This document shows, in pieces, positions 1-11,655 of a stretch of 64,000 bases of DNA. The stretch lies in the NCBI GenBank assembly GCA_021613535.1, contig CP075492.1, forward strand, positions 8,804,001-8,868,000, in the 5' to 3' direction. Made by a program: the position numbers and the translations under genes. The notes below the pieces were generated by a model. That model was not told where the DNA came from. It searched no databases and saw only the letters and a list, made by a program, of their open reading frames with translations. Position 1 is the first letter of the stretch; the number at the start of each line of letters is the position of its first letter. This stretch comes from Adineta vaga. Its lineage: Eukaryota; Animalia; Rotifera.

Positions 1-305
1 GATTAGAGAACATTCCAGGACTAACTAAAAATATCTACGTGAATCACTGTTGAACGGTAGAAGAGTTCGTTGGATCATATTCTCTCGAGGAATTCAAATA
101 TCCAATTCTCTTCAAAATGAACCATGGTAATTAGTAATCTTTCCTTTTTCATTCGTTCATTATAACTAATTAAGAATGTGTCGTTTAATTAAAAACAAAA
201 ACAAATATTTATTTGAAATTATGAATTTTAAAACGAGAAAAATATCTTCATTCTGATAACTTCTACAAAATATAAAAAGACAAATAATTTGAATATCAAT
301 TAAAA

Positions 306-3300
306 CTATTCTTTATTTATTGATTCATTTGATTTGAAATATCGCACTGCCGATTGACATGCTGCATATTTCGCCATCTTCTTGTTTTCATGTTGACCGA
401 AAAATTGAACACCATTATTAGCTTTAATATAACAAACAGATGTAAATTTCTCTGTTTTAGAGTCAACTAGACGAAATTGGCTAGAGGAAAAGAAATAATT
501 TATCGATGTTCTTATAACTCTAATATGAAACTTACTGAACAATTTTGCCACCTTGTTCGAAAAATATTCGTACAGGGTTAGAATTAGGATTGTCAATCGA
601 TCGTTCTGTATAGAAATAAAAATAAAAATCTATTTTATAATGAAGAAAAAGTAGTTTACTGATATATTCTCGAAGCAGAGGTTCGATCGTTTGCCAGACC
701 GTTTCTAAGCATTTATCAGAATCGAGAAAAATTGCACCAACTAAAGCTTCAAAAACATCAGCTAAAGCTTTAGGTGCTGTCGAATCAGCCCATTGATCAT
801 TATCCTAAACAGAGAAACGTTGAAATTGAATTTTGATGAAGAGAATAGGATTCATTACTTTGCTTAATTGAACATCCATGGATGAATCTTTTGGAAATAA
901 CACCTCATTATTAGTATAATAGCTGATTTTACCAAATAAATCCGGTGAGTTATGAAGAATTTTCTTATGAAGACCAGCTGCAACCAAAATATAAGACAAA
1001 CGTCCATTATTTGATAAGTCTTGTCGAATATCTGTTACTTGACCTACAATGGATATTATCAAAAATTCAAAAGCTCATCTCGATTGATGAACATTACCTG
1101 GTTTAATATCTTTCTTTTCGATAAAAATATATCGTGTAACAAGAAAATCGAGAACAGCATCTCCCAAGAATTCCAATCTATAGAAAAACAAAAATCGAAT
1201 GATAGACTAATTTTTCAGAAATAGAATACCTTTCATAACAATTTGTCAAACGATTCGCATAACTTGATGGATGAGTAAATGCTGCAATGAGATATGCTTT
1301 ATTTTGAAATGTATAATTAAGTGTTTTTTCAACAGAAGAAAATGCTTGTTCTTCATAAAATTTCTGAATTACATCATCACTTTCATTACAATCCAGATAC
1401 GAACAGAGAATTGATGGTGTTTCTATGACATGATCTAATTTCATGAAAACAAAACTTCTTCACAAAGTTTCTTTCAATTTAATCCTTACTTTCACGATCT
1501 AATGGAATAACATCCAGACCTAACCATTTCATAAACTGTATCGTCGTTGCATAATCAGTCGACAAAAGAAAAGCACCCATAAATGCTTCCATCATATCAG
1601 CAAATGCTTTTCGTTTTACTGTTTGATATTTATATCGTTTTAATTCAAGTACATCATTGGCATTTGTTTCTTGAACAACATATCCAGGTGGAATCCAGTT
1701 GGCATCATCTCCACGAAAATCAACTTTCTTTGCATTTAAATATGATTTTAATTTCTTTAAAAACGCGATTGCATAGAGATTTCCATTCGATATTTGTTTA
1801 GCTTTTTCAACCGTCAATGCACCAGCACCAGCAAGTGGATATCGATGATAAAAACACAACGATATAGTAAGTTTCAGAAAACAATCACCAAGAATTTCAA
1901 AACTTTCCATATCAAAATTTTCATCTGTTGAACGACGAGTAATCGATTGAAAAAGAATTGCAGATGATGGCTGTAATGTAGAATGTTTTGATAATAAATC
2001 ATTGTAGTTTAGACGAATAAGAGGAAGAAACTAGGAGAGAAATAATTGTTATAAAACAAACTAAATTTGAGTACTTCTTAAGAACTTACCGATTTATTTT
2101 GATTAGTTTCTAGATGATCACGGAAATCTACCGGTGGTAGTTGATCAACATCGGCAAACTAAAAGAAATGAATACTTAGTTCGAATGAAATTAGACGAAA
2201 AAATTCCTGGAGTGTAGTATGTTTCTAAATAGGTATAATAGTTATTTCTATAATTCTTATCTAATATCCGTTGTCCTTCAATCGACTGTTGATTATTTCA
2301 TTTCCGTGTTAGAATTACTTCTCTATAATACATACCGGATAGGTTTGAATATTTTCTGCAAATAATTTTCTCAGTCGTTCAATTCGATATAATTGAGAAA
2401 TACGAACAAGTATACTTGGTAATTTATAAATCATTCCAAAATCGTATCGATTTAACGGAGCATAACGAAGTACTTCAATAGGATAATAATAATAAAGAGG
2501 TTCTTGTAATGAATTCTTTGTTTGATTAGTTGAAGATAAGTTTTTTAAATAATTAATTCTTGGTTTTTTAACTCCTTTCATTGTTGCTAAATATAGATCT
2601 CGTCGGATATGTATATCGCGTATGGTATATTCAAAATAATCTGCATAAGTTTGAATATCTTTTCTTTTCGTTTTCTTATCCCATGGATCTGATGCTCGTT
2701 TCAACAAAGAAGGATCAGGTATATTGATATAATATCGATTTCCTTCTAAATGCTTTGGACAGTAAAGTTCTTTATCATTTAATTCGGAATAATTTTGAAC
2801 GAATTTATTTTTTCGATTACAGATTGTCTCCATTCTTTGCCAATCAATTTCACTGTATTCTATATAAATATAAACAAGAGAAATTTTCAAAAATAACTTT
2901 ATTCAATATATATATACTCGTCAATAAACATGGAAGTAATTTAAATGTCGTTTGATCAATATCGAACTTTAGTAGAGTACTAATATTCATATCTTCAAAA
3001 ACATGTTCAAATATATATTTGCAGAAATTTTCAAGTTTAATTCGATATTGTGTATAATCAATTGGTTTTAAATGAATAATTTTAATTGAAATAGCACCAT
3101 CAAAGTCATAAAGATTAAATTTTGGTAACTAAATGTTTAATTGTCAGATTTATTTATCTACGAAAATCTTGTTTAACTTACATTCATTAATAAAGTAGGT
3201 ACAACAAAACCAAGATCAGAATTGATTTGATATAAATGCCATTCATTCGTTATTTGATTACATTTAATAGGAAATGTAGCGATCTAAAGAAACAGACAAG

Positions 3301-6106
3301 ATATCAAATGAAAGGGACAATTCACATGAAAACGAATACCATTTTAGGAAACGTTTCGAATGAACTATCAGATTTAACTTCGAATAATCTATCCAATGTT
3401 TTAAATATTTGATTTTCAATAGGAATAGGAGTTTGTGATAATGCTTGACATTTTCTAGGTTTACAATGTTCATCAAATTCACCTATAAATGAATAAAAAC
3501 AAATCAAATTTCATTTCTCTAATATTAAGATTCATTTCTCTAACGTTTCTTATGAAGTTTCTTGACCATTTCCAAACAACATTCATATTTTGCCAATCTC
3601 TTCGTTCTATTTATGCACTAAATAATCAATAGAAATTGTATACATAGTTCGAATGAATTCTTTAACTTACGATAATATCATCACGAATAGGACAATTGGC
3701 TGGCATCGATAAAATACATGTGTACGAACTTTCTGAACGACTAAAGAGAAATCGTGGTGGAAAGATTTGTCCATTACCAAGTATGATACAATATCTAAAT
3801 GAAATTATTTTTTTTTTCTTTTTAAAGAACAATAATTAATTAACCTTACTGCATGATCAATTGTGCAGCACGTATTGCATCAATAACGATATTTTCGGTT
3901 GGACAATAAGGTGCAATTGTGAGAGATCATCATTTAGTTCATTGGCATCTTCTAATGAGAAACCTTTGTGAATACTCTAAAAGATAAATAAAGTTGATTT
4001 TCAACCCTGATGAGGATAGATATATAAATAATTGATATGACAAACCTTTTCTATCTCTTCATAATTATCGTATTCATTTTGATCACGTTCAAGTGTTTCG
4101 GGATTGGATTGATCCATAAACAATACATATGATGCTTGGTTTTTTGATCTTGCACGACCTTTCGATTGCATATATGATGAAAAATTATTTGGTTTACTAA
4201 ATCGTACAACTAGATCACATGTGGGAATATCCAAACCTAATGGAAATGATCATAAAAATCAAACCAAACGAAAATATGTCAATACCTTCTTCAACAACCG
4301 CTGTTGCAATTAATATATTAACTTCACCAGCTCGAAACTCATTGATCGTTTTTAACTAAAATCAAAATATAAAAAAAAATGAAATATCATACTATTCTTA
4401 CTTGATATTCAGCTGTCATTGGTTTATCATTTAAAAGTGCTTTGATACCAGTAATATGTTTGACTTTTAATCTTTCATTCCACGGTGGTTCAGTAGTTAA
4501 TATAAGATCAGCTAAAATTTCACTTAACACGGTTGCTGTATATACGCGTTCAACAAAAACAATGCACCGACTAGCTGAGTTTCTCGTCTGCTGCTGTTGA
4601 ACAATTCGTTTTAATAATTTCAATATTTTTGGACTAAATAAAATATGTAGGTTTGATACATTTAATCGATATAATTTTTTCAAAATATCATCGACAAGAC
4701 ATTCAAGACGTTCGAAAATATCATTGAATAGTTCTCTTGCTTCTTGATCAATGATGCATAATAGATTTTGATTAGTTTTTAATTTCTTTCGTAAATCATT
4801 AGTAAAGACAGTTAAACCCGCGAGACCAAGTTCGAAACCAATGTCAATGGCATTTTCAAGATCACGTTTTAATCTGATCAAAGTCGTCGATTGAGATTGA
4901 GTAAATGAAGTGTATTCACTTGATTGTTTATGATAAACTTTATTATTTTTAACACGATAATCCGTTTTTAACATTGTTTTACTAAGATCATGTTCGATTT
5001 GGTTATGTTCATCTTTTTTTCGTAATAAATAACTTTGAATTTTATTCACCATAATATTAAGAAACTAGAAATACATTCTCTCGTTTGTTTTTCTATTAGT
5101 TAAGATAAATGAAAATGTATCTTACATCAAATGGTATTGTTAAACTTTCATTACGTTTTATTATTGCCTCTTGATAATTTTCATAAAGAATTTTTTCCAC
5201 AGCAACAGATGTACCATGTTTCAAACTTTCATCTCGATGTGCAATTTGAGCTCTAAATAATTGAAATTGTTTTCAACTCAAATAATCAAATAGAAACTCA
5301 CCGATAAATTCGTTCTAATTCTTTAGCATCATCTAATAGATCTTTTAGTTTTACTTTTCGAACTGCAATCGATGCAGTTAAACCAAGTATACGTGGAGGA
5401 TTAGAACACTTATCATAATGTTTATTCATTAGAGATGCATATGGATTTTCACCAGTTGCATGTTGACATTCATCAAATATGATTAAATTCACATAATTTA
5501 ATGCTAAACAGAATGAAATTGATTTTTTTATTCATGAAATAACAAACGTATTTTGTTATCTTACAAAAATAATCATGATCAATTACATCAAGAAATACTT
5601 TAGCAGTGAAAATTAAAACTTGATGATTTTCAAATTCCTCTGCCCAATCTTCTTCTTTCCAACGATCAACGCCCAACTCTCCAAAATATCTTCCAATAAT
5701 CAAATCTGTTTGTGCACGTATATAATCACTTTGTTGACAAGCAAGTTGAACTAAAATTAACGGATATTTGACAAAAAAAATAATAGACGTGAGTAGACAA
5801 TTATCTACCAGTTTTAACAAGGAAGATTGTTCGTTTTCCACCTTTTTTCAGACTATGACGTATCGCATGTGCCATTTCTTTAATCAACATAACAGCAATA
5901 TATGTTTTTCCACTACCAGTTGGAAGACAGACAATTAAATTCTCTCGTTTCGCTTGTTCCATTAGTTCTGTCTACGTTGAAATGTCAAATAAAAGACGAA
6001 AATAAAGACGAAATAGTCTTCTTACTTGATAAGCTCGAGCAGTAAATACTTCAGTTTGATCCGTACTTGGTGTATATGTTTCCTGAGTAGTTTTATTTGA
6101 CTTCAT
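306..6106 (-). CDS. Dcr: Dicer ribonuclease, multi-exon (helicase, DUF283-like region, divergent PAZ, RNase IIIa, RNase IIIb, dsRBD)
   Basis: ATG at 6106. Spliced N-terminus reads [17 protein letters not shown], followed by helicase motifs [29 protein letters not shown] and [10 protein letters not shown]. RNase III signatures [22 protein letters not shown] and [23 protein letters not shown]-terminal dsRBD ends [12 protein letters not shown]. Confidence 0.95.
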
Positions 6107-6799
6107 CGTTTTACTAAAACATAAACAAGATATTTTTTATATTCTATCTCAGTGTTATATACGAATTGTTTTGCAGCGTAGATTTAAAGATTCAGAAACG
6201 ACAGACAAAGTAAAACGTTTTTTAAAATGAATGATTTCTATCTTCCGATAGTCATCATTCTTCAAGCTTTGGATGCACTTTGATATAGAAAAACAAAAAT
6301 CTTACTTTATTTTATACTTTCCCAACGAATAGATTCGCTGTTGACCTTCCCTACTCCGCGAAAGAAATATTTTCAATAAGACAAATGATAGAAATGTTCA
6401 TTTCGTCTGCTAGTTTGTATCATTTATTTCGAAAATGATTTTCACTTACGGCCGTTTCGCTACTGAACTGAAAGGAAAAGATGCTTGACGACGCATTTGA
6501 AAAGATTCGTTTTGTTAGTTTCATGCAATGAGTATTAAAAGAAACTATCAATCTCAGTTTCCACGATAGAATTGATTCTATTTCAATTTTGAAAAAGTTC
6601 TTTTTTATCATTTTTCTTTCTACCACAAAGCAAGCTGTATAGCAATTCTCTGTAGAAAAAAAACCCAGTCAATGCAACAAACAGCTGGCAAAAGAATGAG
6701 GAGGAGGAGGAAAGAGAGAGGAAAGAAAATGTCGCTGTTGTTTTCTTTCATTCTTTCATTCTTTCGTAAGAGATGAGTCATTGTTCGTCTTCTATACAT

Positions 6800-6822
6800 T
6801 CACCGATTTTGTTCTGCAAGAA
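6800..6822 (+). promoter_or_regulatory. candidate snRNA proximal sequence element (PSE) for U4
   Basis: TCACCG about 61 nt upstream of the U4 5' end; matches the position and TCACC core of metazoan PSEs. Confidence 0.4.
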
Positions 6823-6860
6823 TTTTGATTTAAAAGAGTAAATGAATGGATGTTCACGTT

Positions 6861-6997
6861 ATCTTTGCGCAGCGGCAGTACCTTATCCAATGAGCGTTTC
6901 GCGAGGAGAGGTTATTGCTAGTTGAAAACTAAAACCCAATATCCCGCACGTCGGCCTTGTGTCGATTGTTGCAATTTTTGCTGCTTCTTCGGAGGCG
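6861..6997 (+). ncRNA. U4: U4 spliceosomal snRNA
   Basis: ATCTTTGCGCAGCGGCAGTA..CCAATGAG..CGAGG..TTATTGCTAGTTGAAAACT..CCCAATA is collinear with metazoan U4. Sm site AATTTTTG at 6973-6980. Terminal hairpin GCTTC-TTCG-GAGGC. Confidence 0.95.
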
Positions 6998-7206
6998 TTC
7001 AATTAAAACTGAAATGAAAAAATAGCTATTATGAAATCTTAATGATTTTGAACATAAGAAAATGATGATCTATGATTTATCTATATTCTTCTTTTATTTT
7101 CCTAGAATCTTGTTTCGGTACAAAAAAAACACATGGGAATAACAAACAAATTCGGGGAAAAATATCAATCTAAACAGACACATACAGTTGTTTAGTTCGG
7201 TGTTGT

Positions 7207-7671
7207 TTAAAATCGTTTCAATTGATCAATGATACGACTTTCAATTTTAGGTAATAACTGTTGAATTTCACTGGCACAATTCACTACACAGGATTCAAAA
7301 CCGGATCGAAGACGATTATTATCTTTATCACTATTATCTTTTGCTTTATCTTCACAACTACGAATACATCGCATTAATCGTTCTTGAACAGTTTGCATTT
7401 CTTGACTCATCGCTTGTTCAGCGTTAGATATTTTCGATGAACATCGTTCAACACATTGATTGAATTTCAAAGGATCCATTGATGGATCTTCTGTACATCG
7501 ATATGAACAATTAAATGCATCACCCTACAACAAACAAAAAACAGTATGAGTCATTCATTTTTTCTTTCTTTCACAATCTATCCATACATAAATTCGTCGT
7601 AGATAATCACGATGTAATGTTCCTGCCATTGTTGAAATAGATTCATTTAATTTTCGTTGTGAATCTTCCAT
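7207..7671 (-). CDS. FAM136A: FAM136A-like mitochondrial twin CX3C protein (2 exons)
   Basis: MEDSQRKLNESISTM..LRRIY, intron, then NCSYRC..QCVERC..QERLMRCIRSCEDKAKD..ESCVVNC: the four CX3C motifs of the family. Confidence 0.85.
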
Positions 7672-7718
7672 GTTTAAATTGAAAGTCAATTTCAAAAATC
7701 TACAAAGAAATAGCGAAA

Positions 7719-8303
7719 CTATTTTTTCGTTACTTTCTTTTTCTTTTTTTGCACTCCGGCTGAAATTCTTTTCGGATTTTGATATGGCGCAAGAATTTTT
7801 CCTGGTAAAAAAGTTACGAAAGATGATTCTTCTCGTTGTTTTTCACAACCATTTATAATCTGATCGAATTGTTCGACAAGATTTTTCAATTGAAGATGTT
7901 CTTGACATGATAATTTAAAACCTATGATTGAACAATGTGGTATAGCAAATGTCTTTGTTAATAATGATGATAGATTTTTTAAACGAATAGCTGCTATGGA
8001 ATGCATTTGAGAAAGAAGTAAAATTGGTTTTGTCAGAATAATTGGTGATAATGATGTACAAACAAAAACGATCGAACATTGTTTTTGTTTTAAACAACGC
8101 ATAACACAACGTAAGCCAATAGCTAAATGTTGCTTAATTGGATGTTTTGTTGACTCTGTTGATTTTTTTCGTGAACGTTTTAATGAAATATTGAGTTTAT
8201 CTTCATTTAAATCTTCACGAAGAAGTGTTAAAAGACGATCTTGAATATCATCAGGTATTGTTGGCCAATTATGTTGGCCAGGTGCAGCAACATAAACTTT
8301 CAT
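7719..8303 (-). CDS. RPP38: L7Ae-domain protein, RNase P/MRP subunit RPP38-like
   Basis: HLAIGLRCVMRCLKQ..IVFVCTSLSPIILTKPILLLS resembles the RPP38 L7Ae fold, with a basic C-terminus. The likely start is MKVYVAAP at 8303; the upstream part of the ORF is low-complexity UTR. Confidence 0.65.
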   Translation of the reverse strand: MKVYVAAPGQHNWPTIPDDIQDRLLTLLREDLNEDKLNISLKRSRKKSTESTKHPIKQHLAIGLRCVMRCLKQKQCSIVFVCTSLSPIILTKPILLLSQMHSIAAIRLKNLSSLLTKTFAIPHCSIIGFKLSCQEHLQLKNLVEQFDQIINGCEKQREESSFVTFLPGKILAPYQNPKRISAGVQKKKKKVTKK

Positions 8304-8575
8304 TGTCTTCAAGAAACAAACATAAAAATAGATGTGTATGAGTATTATTGATAAAATAAAATAATAAAAAAAAAGAATGAAAGAAAAGTTTCCTCGTTTT
8401 CTTCTTCTTCTTCTCGCTTTCATCGGTTGAATAAAACAACAACAACAACAACAACAATAACAACAATGACAATGAAAAGGATGAGTTCCACCGGTTTGGT
8501 GTAAGTAGTTAATCACCAATTTGATGCATACAATTTCGAAGAGGAAAAAAACAGAAGAAAAACCCTTCATGATAA

Positions 8576-9714
8576 TTAAGATTCAGGACGGATGAAAAAC
8601 GCTGAGAGAGCAAAACATAGAAAGACAATACCACCGACTAATGTCACTGTTTTTGGTGAAATACGTTGAGCGATAAAACGACCACCAATAACGGCTAATC
8701 CAGTACATAGACCATGGCCAATGGTACCACCAACAACAACACCGAAGAGATTTTCACTGGCAGCTAGAACAATAGTAGTGATTTGAGATCGATCACCCCA
8801 TTCCTAAAAATAAATTTAAGACGTCATTGATAATTGCTTGTATATATATACTTATCTAGAACTTACAGCAAGAAAAGTCATAATAAAAGCTTGAATAAGT
8901 ATTGGTGATACATAACGACGTAGAATGATAGTTAGCTTGGTCAATGTACTCTTTTGTTTCGATGTTGACTGTGATCTTTGTTGTAATTGATTAATTGTAT
9001 TAGATGTTGTTGTTGTGCTACCTCCTAATTCTAAATCATCGGTTGTTTCTGCCTTTTCAACTTCATGTTGAACTTCATCGTACTCTTCCGCTCCTTCATC
9101 GGGTGACATTATATATCCATCTCTTAACATTTTAATACCAAAACATGCAAATAAAATACTCGATGCATAATATGTATAAAGTCTTGGAATAAATTTCGTT
9201 ACAATATTTCCTAATAGAGCAGATAGAATTGTCATTGTTCCTAGTGCACCCATGGCACCAGCATAGATAATCAATCGTGAATGACGCATGGCCATAATTG
9301 CTGCGATAAAAAATGTTTTATCTCCTAATTCAGAAACGACAATAACAGAAATCGATGCAACAAACGCATGAATAAAACCAAAATTTGCACTATCTTTTAG
9401 TTTTTCTTTGATTTTATCATGCCAATGATCGAGTTCTGCATTGGATTTCTCATCTCGATCTTTATCATACATGAAAATTTTTGTTCCATTTGGTAATATG
9501 ATTGGAAGTCGAGGTCGATGTTCTTTTTGATAATGATTATGCGAATAAAGATAGATTAATATTAGAAGAATTGAAAAACCAATTGTAACAAGAACAACAA
9601 GTGGTCGAGTCGATGCAAATATTCGACGAATCTAATTTTTAATCATACAAACAAATTTATGTTTATTTCAAGTGTATTTACCTTAACAAGCAAATGTGGT
9701 CGAATATTGAGCAT
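8576..9714 (-). CDS. TMEM165: TMEM165/GDT1 Golgi Ca2+/Mn2+ transporter
   Basis: Both UPF0016 motifs are present: ELGDKTFFIAAIMAMRH and EWGDRSQ..GHGLCTGLAVIGG. Confidence 0.95.
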
Positions 9715-9951
9715 GATTTATCTATAGAATAAAATGAATTGCACTCGATAGATATATTTATATGTGTATATATATATATATTATTTAAGAGACTACAAAA
9801 ACATTTTATTTATATGTATATTGATAAATACATTCGTTGAAACTTACTTTTATAATAGAGATAGTAGCTATCTTGATGAATTCATGCAGAATTGCAGATC
9901 CTAATTAGAAATGATCGATCTAGAAAGGAAAAAAAAGAAGAAAATTATTGA

Positions 9952-11322
9952 CTAGATATCACAAGAATTATCATCATTGACAATTTCAACAACATGATCA
10001 ATTTGCATTAATGTGTATATTAATTCTAAGCTTGTTTTCCAAGCATCAAATTTTGAATCAAAATCATCAATAATATTAGATTGAAAACAATCTTGACGAT
10101 TAGTAATTTCTTTGGTAAACAATTGTAAACATTCAAGAAAACATTCATAAGCGAGATTATTCTCGAGAGAGGAATTCTCTCGTCGATTATACCAATATTT
10201 ATATAATTTATCTTCGAAATCACTGGATCCATTTAGATAAAATCTTCGCCGTAAAATTTGACGAAATCGAGATATACAATGAAGGAATTGTTCATGTTTA
10301 ACATCAATTAAACTTTCTAATGGAACATATTGAAGAATTGTTGATCCTTTTTCAATCATTGTCAACAGAGAATCATCCGAAAATGGAATATAATTCAATG
10401 AGACAATGTATTGATCATTTATATCAGTTAAATAAGTTAATAGAAGATTTTCTCCAAGTAATCGTAATGTTTTGACTGGTATATTTTCAATAAAAATTCT
10501 TTCATTATCATCTTTTAATTTCTGATCAACAGTACCCGAACAGATGATAATTTCGATCGAATATTCTTTTAATATCGATAATATCAATTGAATCCATGAT
10601 AATGATGAGGAAGATATTTGTTTCACTTTCATTTTATTATTATAACCAAGATGAACATAATCTTCTAGAAGATGTCCATCAATACATATCGTTCTTCGAT
10701 ACCCTTCAATTGATTTGTTTATTTGTAGTAATGTACCAGGCATAAATAAACATTTCTCTTCCATATATTTCACACGTGTTAAATGATGAAGATTATCAAA
10801 ATAAGTAATCAAGTCTATCTGAGATAGTGATTGTTCCTTTGTCAACAAATGTACATAAGCTTGATAAAGACTATCTGAATAGATTGTTTGATATCGACAA
10901 ATACGTAAGATAGTTTTCGAATTTAAAAGTAAAGTTTCAGTAAATTGATTTTTAGCAATAATTATCGATTGTTCAATAAAATATTCTAAATGATTGAAAA
11001 TTTTCTTGTAAAATATTTGATTATTTTTATCGAATACTGATTGTAGATGATTACAAAATGTTGTTAAAAAGAGTAAGAATGTTTTACATGAACATCCATC
11101 ATATTTCATATGAAATGTATGTAACGTTTGAATGACTAATGAATGATACGGATGATGAAGATGAAGTTCTTCAATGAAACGAATTGGACATGAAATGAAT
11201 TGAAATAACGGCGATGATTCAATACATTTCATTCGTGTATGATCACATAATAATGATAAGACAATAGATCTTAATTGAAACATATAGGAGGATAGATCAT
11301 GACATTTTACCAAGCGACTCAT
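9952..11322 (-). CDS. BBS12: Bardet-Biedl syndrome 12-like chaperonin-like protein (single exon)
   Basis: LHHPYHSLV..KTFLLF, DGHLLEDYVHLGYN (compare EGDLTENYRHLGFN) and C-terminal KFDAWKTSLELIYTLMQID resemble BBS12. Confidence 0.7.
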   Translation of the reverse strand: MSRLVKCHDLSSYMFQLRSIVLSLLCDHTRMKCIESSPLFQFISCPIRFIEELHLHHPYHSLVIQTLHTFHMKYDGCSCKTFLLFLTTFCNHLQSVFDKNNQIFYKKIFNHLEYFIEQSIIIAKNQFTETLLLNSKTILRICRYQTIYSDSLYQAYVHLLTKEQSLSQIDLITYFDNLHHLTRVKYMEEKCLFMPGTLLQINKSIEGYRRTICIDGHLLEDYVHLGYNNKMKVKQISSSSLSWIQLILSILKEYSIEIIICSGTVDQKLKDDNERIFIENIPVKTLRLLGENLLLTYLTDINDQYIVSLNYIPFSDDSLLTMIEKGSTILQYVPLESLIDVKHEQFLHCISRFRQILRRRFYLNGSSDFEDKLYKYWYNRRENSSLENNLAYECFLECLQLFTKEITNRQDCFQSNIIDDFDSKFDAWKTSLELIYTLMQIDHVVEIVNDDNSCDI

Positions 11323-11655
11323 CTAAAAAAAAAGACAATGCGTATGAATGTTATATTTTGTTTCTAAGAAAAACAACGAACTGCAGAGTGTCTGTTTTGC
11401 GAACGAGAAAAAAAAGACAACAACAAAGCTAATAACAATATCGAAAAAAAAAGACAAACAACAATGATATACTAGAAAATGAATAAGAAGTAGAGAAAAA
11501 AAAACTGAATATCACAATACAATGTTCAGTTAGCCTTTCTGTTTTTTTTTCTTAGGTTTTGTTTTTCAAAAACCGGGGGCGCAAACATATAGACATATAT
11601 CAATGAGAAAAGAAACAAGAAAAAGTCCAATGGAATCAAAAAATGTTTTCTACTT

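Noticed and set aside
8304-8570. N-terminal extension of the 283-aa ORF with poly-Cys and poly-Arg
   Set aside because: It arises from TTG and AAG microsatellites in the TMEM165 3' region and is not a credible protein sequence.
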